Assembly (NCBI GenBank): GCA_038496445.1
Contig: JALMLS010000641.1
Location: 1 to 64,000 of the forward strand
From: Trichosphaerium sp. ATCC 40318
Taxonomy: Eukaryota > Protista > Tubulinea
DNA: 64,000 nt
Reading direction: 5' to 3'
The notes under the pieces are model-generated. The model had not been told where the DNA came from. It searched no databases and was given only the letters and a program-made list of their open reading frames with translations. Each line of letters starts with the position of its first letter. Within the stretch, counting starts at the first letter, position 1. This document shows, piece by piece, positions 1-13,341 of this stretch. Both the position numbers and the translations under genes were made by a program.

Positions 1-480
1 GATGGCAAGGAATGTACTTTCATGGCACAAGACAGTAACCACACTGTTAATGCTGGGTTTCTTATTTTTAAAAGAACAGAAAAAATGCTGAATTTTCTGA
101 GAATGTGGGAGTATGAAACAGCACGTGTTAGTGGTCCTACCTGGCAGAAAGATCAAGGACCACTTCAATCTGCTATAACATTCAATGCAAGCATCTACCT
201 TAAGAAAATATGGACAGATTGCACTGTTAGACCAGTCGGTCTAAGGAACTTTTGTTACAATGATTTAATGACTAGATATGGCTTACCTCTTTTCAATAGA
301 ACATTTGACACTTTCTGTTTCTGGAACGACTCACCAGGAGAACGAATTAACATGCATGATTATGAAGAAAGGGATTACCGAGATGGTGACTTTCTATACC
401 ATGGCCATGACTTGTATAAACTCCAAACGCTACTTAAAGCAGTACATGAAAAACCAAAAACACCAAGTAAAGCAAAATGA
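1..480 (+). CDS. Glycosyltransferase, GT34/MNN10-GMA12-like (5' end outside window)
   Basis: Frame is open from base 1; motifs NAGFLIFK, W-x2-DQG and GDFLYH resemble the GT34 catalytic C-terminus. Confidence 0.6.
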   Translation, partial: DGKECTFMAQDSNHTVNAGFLIFKRTEKMLNFLRMWEYETARVSGPTWQKDQGPLQSAITFNASIYLKKIWTDCTVRPVGLRNFCYNDLMTRYGLPLFNRTFDTFCFWNDSPGERINMHDYEERDYRDGDFLYHGHDLYKLQTLLKAVHEKPKTPSKAK

Positions 481-525
481 ACTCAAGGATAGATAGTGCA
501 GTGTCTTGGCTGTTTGTTTCTATTT

Positions 526-1684
526 TTATGACTTGATCATCTGCTTTATTGTGTCTCCTCCGAATACCATACATACAGTCGCCCATACACCAAGACCGAT
601 ACGTGGTAACACACCACGGAAAAATCCTTTGACACCATTATGTTTATAAATAAATTGAGCTGTTTCAGCCATTGTTCTCTTATTAAACTGTACAGATCCT
701 TCTTTCAATGATACCTTTTGCATCTCTACTCTAATAACTTCAATAGGGTGATTCCAGCAAGCTAAAATCCAACAAGTTAATAAATGACATTTTTTGAGTA
801 ACAAAGACAAAGAACGTTTACCTAATGTCCCTCCAACAACACTTGCTAGTAGTCTCTCCCATGTCTTCAATCTTCTTTCTGTGTTGCCCATGCGTATGAT
901 GTGCTCAACACCCTTTGAAATACCTTAAGAAGTAAGAGAACTCTACAGTAACAAGTATTCTATTGTACCAAAACGTGATCCCCAGTTTGTCATTTGACGA
1001 ATTGCAACAGCATTAACACCTCTATAAAAACCGCGTATACCATTCTCACTCCAAACTTTCCTAGCAATAGCCATTGCATTACTGCCACTATGTTTCCTAG
1101 TAACTGTTGAAAATAAATAAAACTGTCAAAGACATAGGTGTTAAAAACACAAACCTTCGACAGTAACCATAAATGTACAGAATCCCATTGTAGTGTAGGC
1201 CTGACATATGCCTCCACCCATGCCACCAAGCGCTGTACACGTGTTAGATTATCCAATCACGTGAATACTTACCTGCTGCGAGCGGTCTAGATGCTCCTAG
1301 ATGGCTACAATAGTTTGTGATTTCTGTTTGAGACAAGAGTAGCACACCTAACAATAAATTCTCAGTAACTGACCCTCATGCTCGAACAAAGAGGGTATTG
1401 CTCCCTGTAAAACGTTACCTCCTTTGGAAGCGCACTCTATCCAAGCCCACGGAATAAGACCTTGTAACGTTAGTCACAGTACATTTTATAGACATACCTT
1501 GGTAAAAGCCTAATAGTCCACCTCTGGCATACGTTTTACGCACTGCGTCACGCCAGGAGTCATTTCTAAATGCGCATTGATGCGTCTTTAGCACTTTAAA
1601 CGGCTGTCCAAGCGTTGTGATCTTAAAAACATCCAAACAAGCGCCTATCAGTAGATTTTCTACAGGGAAGCGCCGTGATGTCAT
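526..1684 (-). CDS. YHM2: Mitochondrial carrier, Yhm2-like citrate/2-oxoglutarate carrier (multi-exon)
   Basis: [25 protein letters not shown]...[10 protein letters not shown]|LIPWAWIE and [13 protein letters not shown]...[25 protein letters not shown] match yeast Yhm2; GT-AG introns join the ORF fragments. Confidence 0.9.
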
Positions 1685-1929
1685 TATTGGAGCGATTTAA
1701 GCTAAGTGCACTCTAAGGAATACGTACAGAAGGACAAACACTTGCTTAATTATCACGTGGTAATCGCCAGCGGTATAAGCATCTGAAACGTACAAGGAGC
1801 GCGTTTAAATTATTGTTGGTAACATTAACGAATTAAAAGCTGTTATTCACATTAACTTATTGCTAAATAGCTAAAATACAGCGTATTCAGACCACCTAGA
1901 TCGCGTACGTTGGTAATTTCAAAAAAAAA

Positions 1930-3442
1930 ATGGCCAACGTGGCATACACGCCAGTAAATGTACTGCAATCATCACCGGTACGCGGAATGGATGTTAACAT
2001 TAACTCATTGCGATAGTTGAGTAAACATGGCTATACACCAACTTATTCAAGCCCAACGAACTACTCTAACAAATTGTACATGTCACCGCAATTATCTAGA
2101 GAAAAGAAGCAAGTTTGGGCAATACTAAAACACGACACGGCCGTACAACGTATGCTGATGCTCTTTGCGGTATTTGGTGTGTCTTCCCTTGTCACAATTT
2201 TCTCTGCGTATCGCATAGGCTGTGTGGGTAAGATGAAATGTCAAATCAGATAGTCTCTGTATCTGATAGATTTTAGCACTGCTGGCGTGCGGATTTCACG
2301 CGTTATTTCATTGTTGTGCAACAGGAATAAACTTAATCGGGCGTGTATGGTCAAAGTACAGGCCTTCTCGTACAAGCACATATGGCTACGATAGGTAGGA
2401 CTAACATCCGTCTTGTTCAATCCTGTTGCTAAGCTTGCTCAGATACGAAATAATATGGGGCTTCACAAACGGCACATTTTTAACGTTTGCTGGTTTATAC
2501 TCCTTCTTTGAAGCATTGGAACGTATATTCTTCGAACCTTCTGAAGTAGACGCAAACGGACTGCTCTGGGTTCCTATAACAAGCTTGATTGTACGCCTCA
2601 CTAGAGTTTTCTGATTTTTTTTTTTCCGAAATTGTCTACTTTTCTATCAACTTTGTGGCTCTCCTAACACGTTCAGGTACACATAATAGGTGCAATGTAT
2701 TTTACACAGTACCTCACAGTGCGCTCAGAGTCTGTTATTTCAGCCAAGACAAAAATTGCTGATAGACTTGTTGATGTCACAAATATCGCGCTGCCTTCGC
2801 TGCTAGCAACGTACCAATGCATCTATTCTTAGATTAAGAACCATTCTAAAAAAATTGTAGAGTTACTATCGGATTACTCAATATACACTCACAATGGCAC
2901 CACGCAGACGCTTACTTTGCCTTGGCCATCGTTGGTTTAATTTTTTTTACAGCAGTGCCGGTTTGCATGAGGTACGCTTTTTTTAGCACGTGTGGTGCCA
3001 CAAGTGTTCACCCTATACTAGTACGGGGCGTGTATTGCTTTTGGGTACACCTTCGACATTGCAAGCTATTCTTGACAAAAATCTGCAAGACGTTGTAATG
3101 ATACCAGGAGTACAGGTAGTGGTTGTAGTTGCAAATTGAAGTATTGAAAATGATGCAGGAAGTAAAACGAGAAAGTACTCATTTTTGGACGTACAGCCCT
3201 GGTGTATTTGTGGGGACGCTAGTAGTTCGCACAGAGGTACAAAATATTTTGGGTAGTTTTTAATTAAAAAATGCTGTTTCGATTAACGTAAAACTTTTCG
3301 CTCTTTTACTCATCGGCGTGTGTAGATGGACGCGGACGACCAGCAGATTTGTCAACAAATAACGCGTATATTTAGACCCATAACATCACATTTGACAATA
3401 CAAGTCGAAAAAGACGATTGGATGCAAGGGCGTGTACAATAA
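1930..3442 (+). CDS. Cation diffusion facilitator zinc transporter, ZnT6 (SLC30A6)-like (multi-exon)
   Basis: Spliced product has YGYDR|YEIIWGFTNG...FEALERI, HFWTYSPG and C-terminal LTIQVEKDDW (ZnT6 has LTVQIFKDDW); no His-rich loop. Confidence 0.8.
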
Positions 3443-3540
3443 AAGGGTTTAAAAGGAGAAAAAGATTTTGTAGTTATCTGATAACGCACAAAGCAGCAAA
3501 TGCTATCTTTAGCATCTCTTAGCGTAGCGGTAGTAAATCA

Positions 3541-3670
3541 GACCATTGCGCGTAGATACTCCGTCAGAGAGTTTGGCTATTCTGCCGTGAATAGGGCACT
3601 GCTCTAATAGCAACAGTCGCAGGTAGAGCATGCTATGGAGTTAGACAGATGGCCGAAATAAATTTGGGTA
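3541..3670 (+). ncRNA. Candidate structured non-coding RNA (nested three-way junction followed by Sm-like AAUUUGG)
   Basis: Nested stems 3558-3564/3635-3641, 3577-3582/3589-3594 and 3600-3606/3624-3630 plus an outer stem, in a GC-richer intergenic patch. Confidence 0.3.
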
Positions 3671-3831
3671 AAAAAAAAAAAGCCTTTACGTTTATTTTAC
3701 TCAATTAGCCTTAAAATACGTAGAAGCCACCCCAAAAAACGCCCTTTCGTCTCAAAGTCTCCTTAACTGCGCGGTTTTTAAGTAAGTGCAAAAATAGAAA
3801 ATATTAAAACTCAAACAAACATCACAACAAC

Positions 3832-4212
3832 ATGTCGTGGCAAGCATACGTAGACAACAGCTTAGTCGGAACAGGCACTGTATCACAAGGCGCTATCGTA
3901 GGCCTCAACGGCGGTCTTTGGGCCAAATCTGCTGGACTAAATGTCGGCGGTGACGAAGTAAAGGCTATTTTGGCCGGTTTCGCAGATACACAAGCAGCCA
4001 CACGCAACGGTATTAGAATTAACGGAGTCAAATACTTCTGCTTGAAGTCTGACGGTAGATCAATATACGGAAAGAAAGCCGCTACTGGCGTATGCTGTGT
4101 CAAATGCCAACAGTGTGTTTTGATCGCTTGTTACAACGACTCTATGCAACCTGGAGCTTGCGCTCTAACTGTCGAAAAACTTGCTGATTATTTGATGGAG
4201 AACGGCTACTAA
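3832..4212 (+). CDS. PFN: Profilin (intronless)
   Basis: MSWQAYVDNSLVGTG...DGRSIYGKK...VEKLADYL, closely like Acanthamoeba/Physarum profilins. Confidence 0.97.
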   Translation: MSWQAYVDNSLVGTGTVSQGAIVGLNGGLWAKSAGLNVGGDEVKAILAGFADTQAATRNGIRINGVKYFCLKSDGRSIYGKKAATGVCCVKCQQCVLIACYNDSMQPGACALTVEKLADYLMENGY

Positions 4213-4771
4213 TTAGTCTCCCTACAGCACTCAAATTGTAACCTACAACTCGTAGAGTTGTTTATCGATTTAATAAATCAACTTGTACCTCATCTTCGTT
4301 TGATCAACCGAAAAGTTTATTTGAGCTGCTTTTCGCGTCATAGATCGCACTATCGCTTGCGTACTGATATAACCAGTGCGCGTTTGTAGCGGATTCTTTT
4401 TTGCTGTACAGCAAAAGTTTGGTTTTAGCCCCCGCACTCAGTTTTATGCTTGCATCAAATGGTACGACAATAGGGCGAGTGGTTGCGATTAACGGCTACG
4501 CGTGGTTAGTGTCACTTGTCATGCTCCACCTGTAGTTTCAAAAAAATTTAATTAAATCCTATTTAGTCGCGTTCCTCAATGATTGACTATGACACGTAAG
4601 CTGTTGTGTGACTATAAAGCGCTTTTACAGTTTTTTTTTAGGACTTAGTAATGCGAATTCTGGAAACGCCTTTATTTTTAACAACACAACGCTTTTGGCA
4701 TATCGACCGTTTGAAAAAGCGAAACAACGACATGCGATCGTAGTTAACGTTGTACAACATCAAAAAAAAAA

Positions 4772-7700
4772 ATGGCTACTCCGCCTGCAAGCGCTACCAC
4801 ACCGATAGTAGTAACGCTCCCAAAGCCGCGTAGAGGTACAACCTTTTGCAGTTTTTAGCATTGCTTCAAATTTCTGAGTGGGTTGAACAACGTCTGGTGC
4901 ACATGTCGTCTTATTTGAACACCACGCTCCCACAGAGTGCTCCAGCCTGCTCAGAAGAAAAAAACGGCTGTCACAGCGTTGATTATGTTGTAAAAAACTC
5001 ACGCAACGGAGGTTCTACAGGCTCTGCCACGCTCGTTGAGGAGCAAACAACAAAGGATAAGAGTAGTTCGAGACTAACAGACACACAATCGAGCACAGAT
5101 AATAACACTAAGCGTACGTGAAACTGTTATAAACGACGTTTGTAAAAATACACTGTGAACACAAAAACCATTTGTATGTTCCGTATTGCGCTCACACCGG
5201 TATTAGGTAGCTCTGCGACGCATCAAAGCTCCAATGGCTCTCTTCAACTGAGTTCTAGCAGCAGACAAAAAGTAAAACGATCAAGTAAATGGCAACAAGC
5301 ATACGTGTACGCTATTTTAGAAACCATGCTGTAGTAGTCTTTTTTAGGCTTTTCTTTTTTTTTTAAAAAACCTGTTTTTGTCGATCCTTTAAACGTGACG
5401 CGTCGGTTCTCACCCTTCCTTTAGGTCGACTAAACAGAAGCGAAAATCTGCTGAAAGAAGACCTTCATTACTAGGTGAGTGTAACCTAACTACGCCAGGC
5501 CCTTTTTTAGGCATGAGAAGCGAAAGGAAGAATAAAACTAAACTTCCCAAACGCACAAAAAAAATCGAACCATTTTTCCAAGGCTTGCTATGTTTTTTTT
5601 GACATATTGTTGTGGCTCTGCAACTCTTCTCACTCTTTCATTTAGTTACTGCAAAAAATCAAAAGCGAAAAAGCCAAAAAGCGCGACGTAATAGCCACGT
5701 ACCAAGAGTAGATAAAACGAAAAATGTAAGCTTGCCTCCACGCAGTAGCTCAGTTAGTATAAATGATTTGGACACATTCTCAAGGCCTCGCCGAAACAGT
5801 CACTCTAGGACTATTTCCGGTGGTAGTGGAGTTACAACAGCTATACCTCGATCGTTCAGCATGGAGTATGGCGCATCTAGACTAGTTAACGTGGATTCTA
5901 TGCAAAGTTTCCCACAACAAAAAAAGCCACGACCAAAGAGCGTTGATTATAATCGCATGAGCGTCAAAAGAGCTCTGTCAGAGATTGCCGCATACGAAAG
6001 TACACGTGAGCCCGAAAAAAAGAGGCGTGGAACGTATGGTGGTGTAGCAAAGCGTAGAGGAACAATTGGTGGCGGTCCTGCACCAAATGTAGAAGAGGAA
6101 CAAGTTGACGTCAAATTATTTCGAGTTCGTTTGCCTGGAGGTGCGTTAACCTCCTATTAGTGTAAGTTTTTTGTAAAATTTTTTGTTATAGGGTGCTTGC
6201 GATCTGTGCTGTTTGAGCCTGAGCGTCTACTTAGCGCTGTTATTAAAAAAGTGTCAATCAAACAAAATAACATGATTAACAATACATGGGTTGTCAAAGC
6301 CCCTGATGGAACAGTCCTTGATCAAGACAAGACATTAGGAGAGTTAAATGTGACTGAGATTTATTGCTCCCCAAATGGTACACACATTTATGTACCTCTC
6401 ATTTTCTTACTTTTCTTTATAGCCAAGAACGTTGACATCGGCAATGTACGTGACACATCTCATGACATTATTTCTCGGCTTTTTTGTTCTGAATTTTCCT
6501 TGTAGGTAGGAGATAGTGAAGATAGTGTTGCAACTACTGATGGTGATGATAAGACAGCAACCCAACAAATGCTTGCCAGTTTCGTGCCTAAACACGTGCA
6601 ATGTACGCTTTTCCTGTTTCTTTGCACATACTGAAAGTAACGCTGTTTAGCTTGGTTTCTTGATAATAAAACAAAGTTGGTTACACCAAAAGCGGATGAG
6701 GTCTATGCATGTGTTCTTTTCGCTGATATTTCTGGATTTACTCCGCTCACTGAGAAATTATCTAAACTTGGAGACAAAGGTTCGTTTGAAATATTTTTTT
6801 TCTAAAAGTGATTTCTGTCTTCTCATAATTGGATGTAGGCGTGGAGCTACTCACAAGACATTTAAATGCCTATTTTGGACAAATGATAGAGCTCATTGAG
6901 AAACATGGTGGTGATGTTGTAAAATTCGCTGGTGATGCCTTACTTGCCTGGTGGCCTTCAAAGTGTATGTATTATTAAGATTGAATGAAATCAAACTAAT
7001 GTTATTCCAAGCAAAATCGGGATTATCGATGTGTGTACCACTTGCGAGTCAATGCGCGATAGCTATGACGAGAGATCTTGTTGGTACTGATATGGACGGT
7101 TGTACTTTGACGCTTCACATTGGTGTTGGTGCAGGTAAACAGCTTAGTTGATTTTTTTTTACAATATTAATTGTTATTTCTTAGGCAAAGTACACGCTAT
7201 TCATGTTGGTGGTCAGAATAATCGAGTAGAATTTATTATAGCAGGTAATGCCTTGGATCAAGTTAGCGAATGTGAAAAAGCCGCTGGTTCTGGTGAGGTG
7301 TTTATCTCAAGGTATGTACTTTCTTTTATGGTGTTCTATGTTTCTTACTTTACAAAGACCTGCCTTGAAGTGTATAGATAATCCTAGCTCTGTAGAAGTA
7401 TCGTATTTAAACAAACGTGGTACTTACTCAAAACTTAAACAAGGGAAAAAGAGCAGGCGGCTATCCAGGAGGACGAATGGTAAGGTTTTTTTGGTTCATA
7501 ACGAAATGTTAACTGTTTTTTTTGCAGCAAAACTAGCTTCGTACCTTGAAGCATTAACTATCTTTCGTCTTGACAATATCGAGCATGTTGAAACGAAGGC
7601 ACCTAATAAATTACCGTTCACGCCTGAATTGCAAAGCTTGCTGGAACCTTATGTCCAGTCTGCTGTTCAGAGTCATTTGGGATCTGGTCAAATGGTATAT

Positions 7701-10700
7701 TTTTGATTTTCTTTTTGAATGGTGATTAACCTCCCATGTAGGCATCTTTTTTGGCTGAGCTACGACATGTGAGTGTCATTTTTGTAAATCTAGAATTGAC
7801 ATACAGTAAACCTTTGTTGGCCAAGCTACAGGTGCGTGGGTTGTGTTTTTTTATTTGCTTTGACACTTTTTGTAGGAAGCTGTGTGTGAAATGCAAAAAG
7901 CAGTGTACCTCTATGAAGGTGTTGTTCGTCAATTTATTGTAGATGATAAAGGTACTACTATTTCCTTATTATTTCAACTTATTAACATCTTTTCAGGGAG
8001 TGTTCTAATTGCTGCGTTTGGACTACCTCCAAAGACGCATGAAGATGATCCTTCACGTGCTGTAAAAGCTGCAATAAAGCTCCGAGAATGCCTTACAAGG
8101 CTAAACATTCAAAGTAGTATTGGTGTAACTACAGGATCGGCGTTTTGTGGTGCTGTTGGAAGTAATCTACGGCGTGAATACGCTCTTGTTGGAGATATAG
8201 TGGTATGGTTTTCAACTAGCTTTTTATTATTATTTTGTAAGCCTTACGTATTATCTATAGAATCTCTCTGCACGTCTCATGGTTGCTGCTGGTACAAACC
8301 AAATATTTGTAGATAAGAAAACGTACCTAGCGGCTAAGTGTGTTGACTATCAAGCTCTTGCTCCTATCAAAGTTAAGGTATGTAATTTATCTTCGTTTAA
8401 GTCAAATACACGCTGAACGAACTTGTTAGGGTAAAGAAAGACCTGTAGAAGTTTTTGCACCTATCCAACATCAGATATCGAAGCGTACACTCAGTATAAG
8501 TAGTTTTAGACCTCAAATGCTTCAGACTATGCGTCAGTCTGGTGCACAAAGTGTATTTGTTGGAAGGTATTGTACTCTCTTCGAAATGGTTGATATTAAT
8601 TTGATGATTTGTCATTAGATCCGGTATTCTAACAAAAGTTTTTGAAGCAGTTGGCTCTGCTGTTGCAAAAGAGGGTAAAAACGCAAGGGTATTTGTAGTA
8701 GAAGGTAGCCCTGGTATAGGAAAGACAGCATTGTTAAAAATGATGAACTCCAGATGCGGAAAATTAGGTGCCAAAGTGAGTATTACAATTTTTTTTTCCT
8801 CTTTTGTACTTAATGGTTTTTTCTTCGTATAGACGTCTATTGGTGTTTGTGATGCCATTGAGAAGAATGCACCTTACTTTCCTTGGCGTAATATTGTCCA
8901 TGCTATGCTACAGGATATATCCAATAAATCAGACAAGGGGACTAGTCAAACTACTATGAGTCTTTTGACAGTACTTGTCAAAACATATGCACCTGACTTG
9001 ATTGGTTCAGTGTCTGTTCTCGCAAGTAGCTTGGGTGCGTCTTGTGATCATTGGATGTTTTTATAGTACTTAATGTATTTTTGTTGTAGGTACTAGAACG
9101 AGCGGTCAGCATAGAGATATGGAAGCTCATTTGCGATCAGATAAGATGCTTAAACTTATAATGAAGCTACTTGAATCAACTGGCCAGCATTTGATTATAT
9201 TCGATAATGTTCAGTGGTACGCACTTTCTCTTTGTATAAACCTTTTGCTATGAGCTCTGTAGTACTACGTACAAATACTGGATCAGTCCTACTCCGTCAG
9301 AGATGGGTTCATGCGCTTTTTTTTTTGCTTTTTTTTAACTATTTTTGGTTTGCTCAGTTGTTGCATTAGGATGGATTCAAAGTCTGCTGAGCTTATACAA
9401 GCAGCAATAGAAAACCTTAAAGATGTTGTTATAGTACTCGCTCTACGCCCATCAGATCCACCAATTCAGTATATTGCTAAGATTGCCTCTGCTGATAGCA
9501 CAAAGCAAATTTCTCTGAAGGGATTAACTAAAGCAGAGGTAATTGTTTTGCTGTTTAATACATCCTGGTTGTTTCTTACGGCGATTTTTAGGTTGCCAAG
9601 TTAATCAACAAGCATTTAGAAGTGCGTATGGTTCCAAAGACATTCCCAGGAATGATTGAAGTGGCGTCTGATGGAAATCCTATGCTTGTAAAAGAAATGC
9701 TAGATCACCTTCTTACAACCAATCAACTAACAGTTCGCGGTGGAGAATTAACGTTGTCCAAAGGCAGTACGTATATCTATATTGTTTTGAATTACTCTAA
9801 TGTATGTTCTCCTATCTTTAGTGTCTATATCAGGTCAAGCAGCTATGCCTACAACGCTTACAAGTGTTATAACAGCCAAGATTGATTTTCTTACAAAAAA
9901 GTTACAAATTGTTTTAAAGGTCGCTTCTGTTATTGGAAGGTGCTTCTCTCTTGATATCCTTAAAGCACTACTTGATGTATATCAAGAAGGAGAAACCTCA
10001 AAGGTTTCATTAAGAGAGAGTCTCGATGAATTATCTCTTAGTGGCTTGGTTGCAATCGAAAAATACGATAGCGAAGGAGATGCTAGTGTTTATCGTTTCG
10101 AACAGATAGTTACACTAGATGTAGTATATAATACTATGCTTTATGCCCAAAGAAGAGAACTACATAGTCGTATTGCAAAGGTAAGATAGAACAACCTTAT
10201 GGTCTCGACCTATAGCAATTACGAAACAACTTTTAGAAAAACAAGTTTTTTTTTCTACTGCTGGATTTTTTTTTGACTCTAAAGTTTGTTTGTATTTATA
10301 TCGTTTTATTTTTAGGTTCATGAAGAAAGAGTAAGTAAGGATGGTGATCATGTTGATTACTCTATTCTTGGACATCATCACAACTGTGCTGGTAACCAAG
10401 CTAAAGCTATACATTACTTTTTACTTTCTGGTAAACAAGCGATGAATGAGTGTGCGAACAGGGAAGCTATAAAGTTTTTTAAGCAGTGCTTGGCTATAAA
10501 TGATGATGGAGATAAGTCTTTTAAATCAAATAGGCTTAAATTCGTTAGTATACATAGACAACTTGGACAAGCTTACTGTGGTAAGGCTCGCTTTTCTTTG
10601 ATTTTATTTTTTCGGTTGTACTTTGTAACATTGTTTGACGTTTTTGTACTAGCCTTGGGTCTGTTAAAACCCGCTGAAGATTCTCTAATGGAAGCACTAA

Positions 10701-12545
10701 ATATTATGAATAAACCTTTGCGGGTTCATAAGAACTCAAAGCTTATGTCTGAAGCTAAGAAGAATAAACGCAAAAGCGACTCAAGTGGTAAAAAAGTACA
10801 GGTAAGAAGATTATCGTCTTTTTTTTTCTTTATCTTAACCTTATCTTAAAGGGTAAGGAGATGGCTCTTGAGCGTGTATGGACGCTTCTCACATTATCAA
10901 AGATATACCACTATAACTGCATGTTGAGTCACATGACTTATTGTACTTTTACTGCGCTTTCACTTGCAGATGCGTTTGGTGTTACAAGAGCTTTATACGA
11001 GTCTTATGGGTACTACATAGCATGCCACCTTTTTTAATGTACTCACGCAAGAATCTAGGTTCGCTGTTGTAGCGTCTGGGATTAATAATGATCATACACT
11101 CGCTACTGAGTGTATAACTAGAGGAGGTGTACTTCATGCCAAACTTACACACAAAGAGGATGCATTAGCATTCGATCAAGGGAGTGCTAATTATCATCAA
11201 TTGTGTGGTATGTATATGGCATCTCGGTTTAATTGGATAGAAGCCAAAAACCGCTTTAATAAGGCTATAAAATGCTCTCAATTCATTAGTGATGCAAGGT
11301 GAGTTTTGTCAGATTTCTTATTTCTTGTTTTTTTCTTTAAATGTTTATGTATCTTGTAGGCGTATTGAAGAGAGTCAATTGTACTTATCCACGATTAACC
11401 ACTTATGTGGGAATATCCAGGATAGTCTAAAACTTACAGAGAACGCATTGGAGTCAGCAAAGTATAGAGGAGATTTACAGAATGTTATTGCTGCGCATAT
11501 GAATAATGCTAGAGATTACCTTGCATTGTCTAGTCTTGATGCTGCTCAGATATCACTCGAGAAGATATATTCTATTCTATTGAGAGAAGCAACTCATGGT
11601 AACAAGCGAACTAATATCTTCTGCCTTGATGCTGCTACAAACATCACTTATGATGCCTTGTACACCAAGTACCGCATCTACAGGGTATGAATCATTGATT
11701 GTTTTTTTTTATTTTTCTTGACCTTTTTTGAAATACCTTGTGTTTTCTTGCTTTGGTTTTTGGCTTTCTGTGTCTTATGGTTTTTTCGTAGGGCGAGTAT
11801 AGTATGGCTTTTAGTATGGCAGAGGGAACAATAAAGAAGTTAAACGATATTGACCCCACGTGCTTCTTTATGTTTCCTGCTTTTTATGCTCTTCCAGAAA
11901 TTTTTATACTTCTTTCAAAAGCTATAAGTACTGGAGCTTGGGTATTACGACGTACGTTATAAACTGCCCATTAAAATTTGAGTTCTTTGAAGGCCCGAAA
12001 TTTGCGATTCAATTTTTTTTTTGTGATAAAAGTTGTTCGTGTTTCTTTGCTTACAAGTATTTATAGCTGGTTCAGATATTAAACCTAAATTACCAAAGCT
12101 CATAAAGGCTTCTTTAGCAGCATTGAATAAGTTCAGTTCCATTTTTAAGTTTGCAGAAATGCAGTACCTCTTGTGGCAAGGTATGTTCTCATTTTTTTCT
12201 TTCCTTTTCTTTTGGTTTGTTGACACGTTACGTTTTTAGCGTTGTACTATATTAAAGTCGCAAATAAGCAATCACAAGGTGTACAGATTCTAAAGTCTTG
12301 TGTGCCCCTTTCAAATTCTCTTGGTACAGAGTATGACAAGTGTCTAGCTCAATATCACCTTAATAGCTTCGGTATTGTTCCTGATAAACGGTACGTGTCA
12401 CGTGCTTTTTTTATTTGATTTGTTGCTTACAAGGTTTATTTAGGGTGAAGGCTTGTTTATTGGTAATTGGTATAGAGCCAAGTAAGTTTATCTACGAGTC
12501 CTTGAAATATTTCAAATAGAGTTGTTTTTGGGATGGGTGTTGTAA
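4772..12545 (+). CDS. Soluble class III nucleotide cyclase (ADCY10/Dictyostelium SgcA type): low-complexity N-terminus, RBD/ubiquitin-like domain, C1+C2 cyclase, STAND P-loop, TPR-like tail. Start is 4772 or 4903; end is 12519 or 12545 depending on the last intron
   Basis: Spliced motifs FADISGFT, KFAGDAL, RQFIVDDKG, HEDDPSRAV, RREYALVGDIV|NLSARLM, GSPGIGKT, GNPMLV, LKVASVIGRCF; the exons I spliced through the cyclase and P-loop region join in frame. Confidence 0.92.
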
Positions 12546-12735
12546 AGTAAATGTAAATAAACACAAAGTACAGAAATACTTTAAAATTTGTGTTGGTTTC
12601 AATCCATCCACAAAAGAAGCAATAGAGTTAGCAGACTCTTACCAACAGAAAGAAGAATGTGCGCATGAAATCGCAGTACTTTCATGGAACCAAACTCGTC
12701 AAAGAGCAGAGGAGATAAGTTTATCTACGAGTCCT
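12483..12735. repeat. Exact 20-bp direct repeat TAAGTTTATCTACGAGTCCT (12483-12502 and 12716-12735) flanking 213 bp
   Basis: Direct sequence identity. Confidence 0.85.
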
Positions 12736-13341
12736 CGCTAACACCTCCGCTCTTGGCAAGTTCGGTTCTATGCAGAACAGAAATTTCGTGCGTGTTCAAC
12801 AATATGTAACAAGGGATACAGCAATATGTGTGGTGTTGTAAATAAGCTCTACACATAACATATGGTTGCAATAAAACGTTATACCTCGGACTCTTACGGA
12901 GGGCCGTTGACTCTCGGAGCATAAACTGAATATCTTCTCAATATTAACCGACTTTAAAATTGCAAGCTATATCGCTGCCATTGATGCACCTTTTGCGTCC
13001 CACCTACTGTAAAACCTTGGTTATGCTGAAGTAAGCGACATTTACGCTATTACAATAACACTCACCCTTTTGGTTTGTTGTTAAACGTCATATTAACGCA
13101 AGTTCTTTGGAGTAAATTTTGTTACAACCAAAATCTACTTCTACAAATAGCGTATGCACACGTGTTAGTCATTAAGTCAACACCCAACGAAGACAGTTTA
13201 CTACAACGGACCGCCATTGCTTACCACATTCGCCGTATATGAAACAGCTTCTGAATTTTTGTAAATAGCTAACGGACGAAACCCTTGAGCCACCAAGTAC
13301 AACTGAAAAAGAGGAGATAGAACTGAATCCTATAAGAAAGA

